In this document: piece by piece, positions 6,771 to 11,141 of the stretch
How positions within the stretch are numbered: position 1 is the stretch's first letter
Layout of the letters: each line of letters starts with the position of its first letter
DNA from: Candidatus Sigynarchaeum calidifontis
Lineage (GTDB): Archaea > Asgardarchaeota > Lokiarchaeia > Sigyniarchaeales > Sigyniarchaeaceae
Assembly: GCA_030587475.2 (NCBI GenBank)
Contig: JAUQYZ020000196.1
Location: forward strand, 1 to 11,141
Reading direction: 5' to 3'
Length of the DNA stretch: 11,141 bases
Program-made: the position numbers and the translations under genes
The notes under the pieces: model-generated
Seen by the model: only the letters and a program-made list of their open reading frames with translations
The model's database searches: none
What the model was told of the DNA's origin: nothing

Positions 6771-7718
6771 GAACCCGGCGGCGACGATGTCCTTCTTCAA
6801 GCCGTATTCCTTGCCGGTTGCCGACAAGATGACCGCAGACCCGCCGCCGCCCGCCCCGTTCACCTTGAAGCCGAGCGCCCCGTGCTTCGTCGCGAGCTGC
6901 TCAAGGGTCGCGATCTCGCTCGTCGTGATCCTCTCGTGCAGCGCCTTCTGCGCGGCCCAATTCTTGTTCATGATGGCCCCGATGCGGTCGATGTCGCAGC
7001 GGTGCACGGCCTGGACCATTTCCTTGGGGCACGCCTGGAGCGTGTTGAACGCGTCGATGGTTCGTTTTTCTCCTTTTTCGTAGTTCTCGATGACCTTCAA
7101 GTGCATGTCGCTGGAGCTGCGGGATCCGAGGTACACGAGGATCATCTGCTGCTCCAGCTGCCATGTTAGCTCGGGCTTGACATCGATCTGGGATATTCGG
7201 ACCTTCGGGTACTCGATCTCCATGTAATTGAAGCCACCGAACGCCGCCGCGTATTGATCCTGGACGCCGCTTTGCAAGTGAAGCTCTTCGGTCTCTAACT
7301 TGTGCGCTAGCTCGGCAATCTCGTGGTTCACGTAATGGTGGCCATTCAGCACTGACAGCGCACCGATCATGGCGACGGCGATGCTGGCACTCGTTCCCGT
7401 GCCGCAACCGGGCGGGGCATCGGACCGGGCGTAGATCTTGAGCCCTTGCTTGATGCCCAGGCGTTTGATCGCCGACTTGAGGATGTCGAGGATGCCGTTG
7501 TACTCGATCTTGCGGTAATCTTGGATTTCGGTCGAGATGTCCAAGTTCTCCGAGATGATGTCGATCACGGGCGACCCCGCTTGCGGGTACACGCGCACGT
7601 AGCTGTACAAGTCGATGCAGAAGTTGAAGACAGCGCCCGCCTTGCAAAACCACGTGTCTGTCCAGCCGCCCACGTCGCAGATCCGCACGGGCGCCCGCGC
7701 GAAGATGATTTGTTCCAT
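6717..7718 (-). CDS. GHMP sugar kinase, HddA (D-glycero-D-manno-heptose-7-phosphate kinase)/fucokinase-like family
   Basis: RAPVRICDVGGWTD, DAPPGCGTGTSAS, ETEELHLQSGVQDQYAAAFGGFN and KVNGAGGGG. Start reassigned to ATG 7718 (MEQIIFARAP, 333 aa). Confidence 0.88.
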   Translation of the reverse strand: MEQIIFARAPVRICDVGGWTDTWFCKAGAVFNFCIDLYSYVRVYPQAGSPVIDIISENLDISTEIQDYRKIEYNGILDILKSAIKRLGIKQGLKIYARSDAPPGCGTGTSASIAVAMIGALSVLNGHHYVNHEIAELAHKLETEELHLQSGVQDQYAAAFGGFNYMEIEYPKVRISQIDVKPELTWQLEQQMILVYLGSRSSSDMHLKVIENYEKGEKRTIDAFNTLQACPKEMVQAVHRCDIDRIGAIMNKNWAAQKALHERITTSEIATLEQLATKHGALGFKVNGAGGGGSAVILSATGKEYGLKKDIVAAGFQILPFKFNFTGLQVWQK

Positions 7719-7830
7719 CGGGCCATCGCCCCGGCACGACCCGGCTTCGTGCCAGGCAAGGAATACAATGCAAGGATGTGCGCGGGAATAATTAAATGCG
7801 ATGCGGTGCCACGGTCTCGCCTTCAAGGGG

Positions 7831-7869
7831 ATTCGCCCGCCAATACCTTCAAATCAACCCCGGGCGAAT
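7831..7869. promoter_or_regulatory. 9-bp inverted repeat ATTCGCCCG-N21-CGGGCGAAT enclosing a TATA-like element in the divergent promoter region
   Basis: Perfect arms at 7831-7839 and 7861-7869. AATACCTTCAAAT in the spacer lies about 30 nt upstream of ATG 7884. Confidence 0.4.
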
Positions 7870-7883
7870 TAGTATCGATCGCG

Positions 7884-9164
7884 ATGGCCAAGCAATGGAT
7901 AAACGTGGCGGCCGTTGGCACGGGCCATATATTCGCGGACGCGCACCGCAAGGCATACACGAACGCCGCGAGCACGAACAACGTCGTCGTCGCGCTTTGC
8001 GACATTCGAAAAGATCTTGTTGAAGAACAATTGAAAATCTTGAAAAAGGAATATGAAAAACAGCTGGTCAAGGTTAAAAAAAAGGAGAATGCTGCTCAAG
8101 CCGAGCGGATAAAATTTGGCCTCGATCACTTGAAAAGCTTCACGGATTTTGGCAAGATGCTCGATGCAGTCGAGGGCAATTGCGACCTGGTCGATAATTG
8201 CACGCCCGGGCGCACGCACGTGCCGCTGTCGGTGCAGGCCATGGAGCACGGGTACCACGCCATGGCCGAGAAGCCCCCAGGCCTCAACTGGTGGGACGTC
8301 AAGCGCCTCGTCGATGCCGAGAAGCGAACGGGCAAGTGCTACCAGCTCAATGAAAACGTGTGCTACGAGCGCCCGGTGCAGGCGATGCGCCGGGTGATAG
8401 CCAACGGCGACCTCGGTGCCGTCGTCGAGATCGATGTGCACTTCGGTCACGGTGGCCCGTATGTCGGGTACCATTTTGGGGAGTCTGGCCTCCCCCACTT
8501 CATCGACCCCGTGTGGTCGGGTGGTGGCTGCCTGCAAGACCTCGCGCCCCACGGCATCTCCCGGGCCTTCTGGCCCGTGGGCACCGGAGCCAAGGTCCTC
8601 TCGTGCACCACCAAGATACTCGAGCGCCGCCAGGCCCCTCGCATGATGTCCGGCAAGCCGTTCGACAACAAGCTTGACGATTACGCGGAAGCGGAGCTCG
8701 AGATGTGGGATCCCCGCACGAAGCGGCCCTTTGCCATGAAGGTCACGACATCGTGGTGCGGCGGCTTCGCGTTCCCGTTCAGCATCGAGGGCGAGAAGGG
8801 AACCATGAGCATCGGTCACGACCCGCAAAGGAAGGTCTATGCTCCCGTCATCTTTGCCGACGACGGGGACAAGTATTTCCCACTCGACGAGGACAACTGG
8901 GATCCCTTCGAGGGTTACGCGCGCGAGGTGCAGATCTTTTGCGAGAACTTGCTCCATGGCAAGCCATCGAACACGCCCGCCGAATACGCCCTGCGTTTGC
9001 AAGAATGCCTCTCCATCCAGTATTTTTCCAAGCTCGTGAAGAAGAAAGTGACCATCGAGGAGATGGAAGAGTGGGGGGCGGGCATCGCTGCCAAGAACAA
9101 GAGCTACCAGGATGGCGTGGACGAGATCGCCAAGGCACTCACGGGAGCCGTCGACTTGAAATGA
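7884..9164 (+). CDS. Gfo/Idh/MocA family oxidoreductase
   Basis: N-terminal Rossmann VAAVGTGHI..AH, ALCD, CTP..H, EKP and GGGCLQDLAPH (GGGxLxDxxxH). Start reassigned to ATG 7884 (426 aa) because the upstream part of the track ORF overlaps the kinase on the opposite strand. Confidence 0.9.
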   Translation: MAKQWINVAAVGTGHIFADAHRKAYTNAASTNNVVVALCDIRKDLVEEQLKILKKEYEKQLVKVKKKENAAQAERIKFGLDHLKSFTDFGKMLDAVEGNCDLVDNCTPGRTHVPLSVQAMEHGYHAMAEKPPGLNWWDVKRLVDAEKRTGKCYQLNENVCYERPVQAMRRVIANGDLGAVVEIDVHFGHGGPYVGYHFGESGLPHFIDPVWSGGGCLQDLAPHGISRAFWPVGTGAKVLSCTTKILERRQAPRMMSGKPFDNKLDDYAEAELEMWDPRTKRPFAMKVTTSWCGGFAFPFSIEGEKGTMSIGHDPQRKVYAPVIFADDGDKYFPLDEDNWDPFEGYAREVQIFCENLLHGKPSNTPAEYALRLQECLSIQYFSKLVKKKVTIEEMEEWGAGIAAKNKSYQDGVDEIAKALTGAVDLK

Positions 9165-9727
9165 ACGCGCGGATCAAGATCATTGCAAAGATTGCCGTGT
9201 TCGGCGGTTTCATCCTTTTTTCTTGTCTTTTTGGCACTATCATTTTACTCGATCCCCCGGCACCTTCCCGGGTCGGTGATGCCCCTTACGTCGTTAACCT
9301 GAAACAGCTGGTCGATTATCGCATCCAGCTAGAGGGGCAGCCCGTCGTGATCCTGAGCTGGACCAGCGATTTCCACGTGAACGCCACGACCGGGGATGTT
9401 CGGTTCAACGTCTCGGATCATTTTTACAACATCTCGAGACAAGTGTTGCTCAAGGCCTGGGCGCCGGGCGGCGTGAAACCCGCGGGATCGCCGATCGGGA
9501 ACGGTACCTACGTCGTTGTCAAGGGCATCTGCAAGCTCCTCTCGGATGCGATAATAGAAGGGATGGAGATCCACGTGCTCGACCCGGACAACGCCTACGT
9601 GGTTTCCATATCCGGGCTCGTGGTGATCGTCGTGATGCTGTTTGTCTATTTCCGTCTCGACATCAAGCGACTCCAGTTCCAGGTAAAGACGAAACCAGAC
9701 AAGGACCGTGAAAGCGGGGGTGCATGA
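9161..9727 (+). CDS. Hypothetical membrane protein: N- and C-terminal TM helices around a beta-rich, possibly OB-fold-like, external domain
   Basis: ATGA overlap with the upstream gene; 188 aa from MNARIKII. Hydrophobic segments IAVFGGFILFSCLFGTIILL and YVVSISGLVVIVVMLFVYF. Confidence 0.8.
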   Translation: MNARIKIIAKIAVFGGFILFSCLFGTIILLDPPAPSRVGDAPYVVNLKQLVDYRIQLEGQPVVILSWTSDFHVNATTGDVRFNVSDHFYNISRQVLLKAWAPGGVKPAGSPIGNGTYVVVKGICKLLSDAIIEGMEIHVLDPDNAYVVSISGLVVIVVMLFVYFRLDIKRLQFQVKTKPDKDRESGGA

Positions 9728-9730
9728 CCT

Positions 9731-10312
9731 TTGCCAGATTGGTTCGCCCATCTCATGCTCGCGTACGTCGTGTCAGCGTGCTTGCGACTCGATGCGAGGA
9801 AATGTACGATTTTTTTCATCGGGAACGTGATGCCCGACCTCGTCCGCATCATGGTCCTGGCGGACAACATCGTTCATTCCGATTTCTTGTATTATTTCAT
9901 CGCGCTGCCGATCAATACTGCATCGCATTCACTCCTGGGCGTGTTCGCATTCGCGCTGTTCATCTCGCTCTTCTTCGAGCCAACACTCCCGGCAGGCATC
10001 TCGGGCGGGAATTTACACGCTATCAATGCCAGGAAGCCCGTGCTCCTCGACCACCTTGCCCGATGGTGGCAAAAAGTATCGATACGCCCATTTTTCTTGC
10101 TAATCTTCGGAGGCATCGTACACTTGTTACTAGATACGTTCATGTGGCCATACGGCGGGGGCATCTTCTGGCTCTACCCGCTCACCGATGCATGGTTCAG
10201 GTGGTCGTTCGGCGCGTGGTGGCCCTCCACGTTTGATGGAATCCTCTGGCTCTTGCCTTTTTTCGTCGCTACCATCGCTTGCGAAACCATTTTCAAGATC
10301 AAGCACGCGTAG
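9731..10312 (+). CDS. Membrane-bound metal-dependent hydrolase (YdjM-like)
   Basis: MPDWFAH, PDL, SHSL and HLLLD motifs; multiple TM segments; TTG start 3 nt after the upstream stop. Confidence 0.82.
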   Translation: MPDWFAHLMLAYVVSACLRLDARKCTIFFIGNVMPDLVRIMVLADNIVHSDFLYYFIALPINTASHSLLGVFAFALFISLFFEPTLPAGISGGNLHAINARKPVLLDHLARWWQKVSIRPFFLLIFGGIVHLLLDTFMWPYGGGIFWLYPLTDAWFRWSFGAWWPSTFDGILWLLPFFVATIACETIFKIKHA

Positions 10313-10323
10313 ATGCACGAACC

Positions 10324-10995
10324 ATGACAGAACCCAAGACACCACCCCCCGAGTACCACGCGACGAGCGCCGCGATCAACGCTGCCGGAGCCGTGTGCTT
10401 CTCGATCGCGGCGGCTTGGCTCTTGCAATCACTGGAAATCTCGGCACCAGCCGGTCATGCCAACTACGCGGCGATCTACGCCGCTGCAACGATCTCCTTC
10501 TGGTCCTTGCAATCCGCGTATCACGTTTTCTTGCACGCCGGGCGACAAAGTCTCAGGTTCAGGAACCTTGATCGCGGCAGCACCTTCGTCTTGATCGCGG
10601 GCATCTTCACCCCGCTCATCGCGGCACGCCAGGCCATCCCCGGGGCTTTCATCGTGCCGCTCCTCGCCTTGTGGGTAGCCGCGGCCGGGGGCATGGTCTT
10701 GTTGATATCGTGGAAGCTAGTGCCACGCAAGCTCACGCCGCTGGCGTCGCTCGCCATGCTGTCGGCCGGCATCGCCGCCACGGCCGCGTTCCAGATAGCT
10801 AGCGGGACCATCCCGGTTTGGGGCATCATCTCGCTCGTCGCGGGCATCCTCCTCGTCCTCGCCGGCGGCGCCGTGTACGCGATCCAGAAGCCGAACTTGG
10901 CACCGGGACATTTCGGGTTCCACGAGCTCCACCATTCACTGGTTCTCGCGGGCTCGCTGGTGTTACACATGCTCGTCGCGGCCTTGCTCGCGTGA
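10324..10995 (+). CDS. Hemolysin-III / PAQR (CREST superfamily) 7-TM protein
   Basis: SAYH, RNLDRGSTFVLIAGIFTP (cf. RLDHxxIYxLIAGxYTP), GGAVYAIQKPN and FGFHELHHSLV...H. Start reassigned to ATG 10324 (223 aa). Confidence 0.88.
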   Translation: MTEPKTPPPEYHATSAAINAAGAVCFSIAAAWLLQSLEISAPAGHANYAAIYAAATISFWSLQSAYHVFLHAGRQSLRFRNLDRGSTFVLIAGIFTPLIAARQAIPGAFIVPLLALWVAAAGGMVLLISWKLVPRKLTPLASLAMLSAGIAATAAFQIASGTIPVWGIISLVAGILLVLAGGAVYAIQKPNLAPGHFGFHELHHSLVLAGSLVLHMLVAALLA

Positions 10996-11141
10996 ACGAT
11001 ACCCGGCGTGCATGAATCGTGCGCATGCATTCATCGGTTTGGCGCGAATGAACCATGCAAACCGGATATTTCTTTGTAATACCTTTGTATAGCGAAGCGC
11101 GGGCCCACGAGTGCCATCCATTAGCATTCACAAGCGGGCCT

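Noticed and set aside
7446-7883. N-terminal extensions in the ORF track (7446 start for the oxidoreductase; likewise the 7826, 8705 and 10279 starts for other genes)
   Set aside because: They overlap well-supported genes or promoter DNA, and family motifs begin at the downstream ATGs.
8076-8084. A8G slippery-like run in the oxidoreductase
   Set aside because: The gene is intact in frame, and the run just encodes KKK.
11012-11064. Two short tandem hairpins after the last gene (ATGAAT/ATTCAT and CGGTTTG/CAAACCG) as a terminator or ncRNA
   Set aside because: Stems are only 6-7 bp with large loops, too weak to call.
1-11141. CRISPR array, tRNA/rRNA genes, transposase or integrase
   Set aside because: No regularly spaced repeats, RNA-gene signatures or recombinase motifs were seen.

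Overview
GC-rich prokaryotic window. It is probably archaeal, a weak inference from GGTGA/GAGGTG-type SD motifs, an MNT-HEPN pair and an N-sequon-rich membrane protein. The left two-thirds is a nucleotide-sugar locus: a partial UDP-sugar 6-dehydrogenase, an ~890-aa fusion of a GlmU-like nucleotidyltransferase with a galactokinase/galacturonokinase-like GHMP kinase, two extended SDRs (Rmd/GMD-like and 4-epimerase-like) and an HddA-like GHMP kinase. The right end is a + strand operon: Gfo/Idh/MocA oxidoreductase, a 2-TM protein, a YdjM-like membrane metallohydrolase and a hemolysin-III/PAQR protein. The most striking structure is an AT-rich, integrase-less 942-bp unit carrying only an MNT-HEPN toxin-antitoxin pair. 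It is bounded by a 54-bp direct repeat of the kinase gene's last 17 codons plus stop (32-bp identical core, mostly synonymously recoded tail), the signature of integration into a gene 3' end with replacement of the terminus. Both TA genes look disabled or switchable: the MNT is frameshifted at an A10 run, and the HEPN catalytic His is Tyr.
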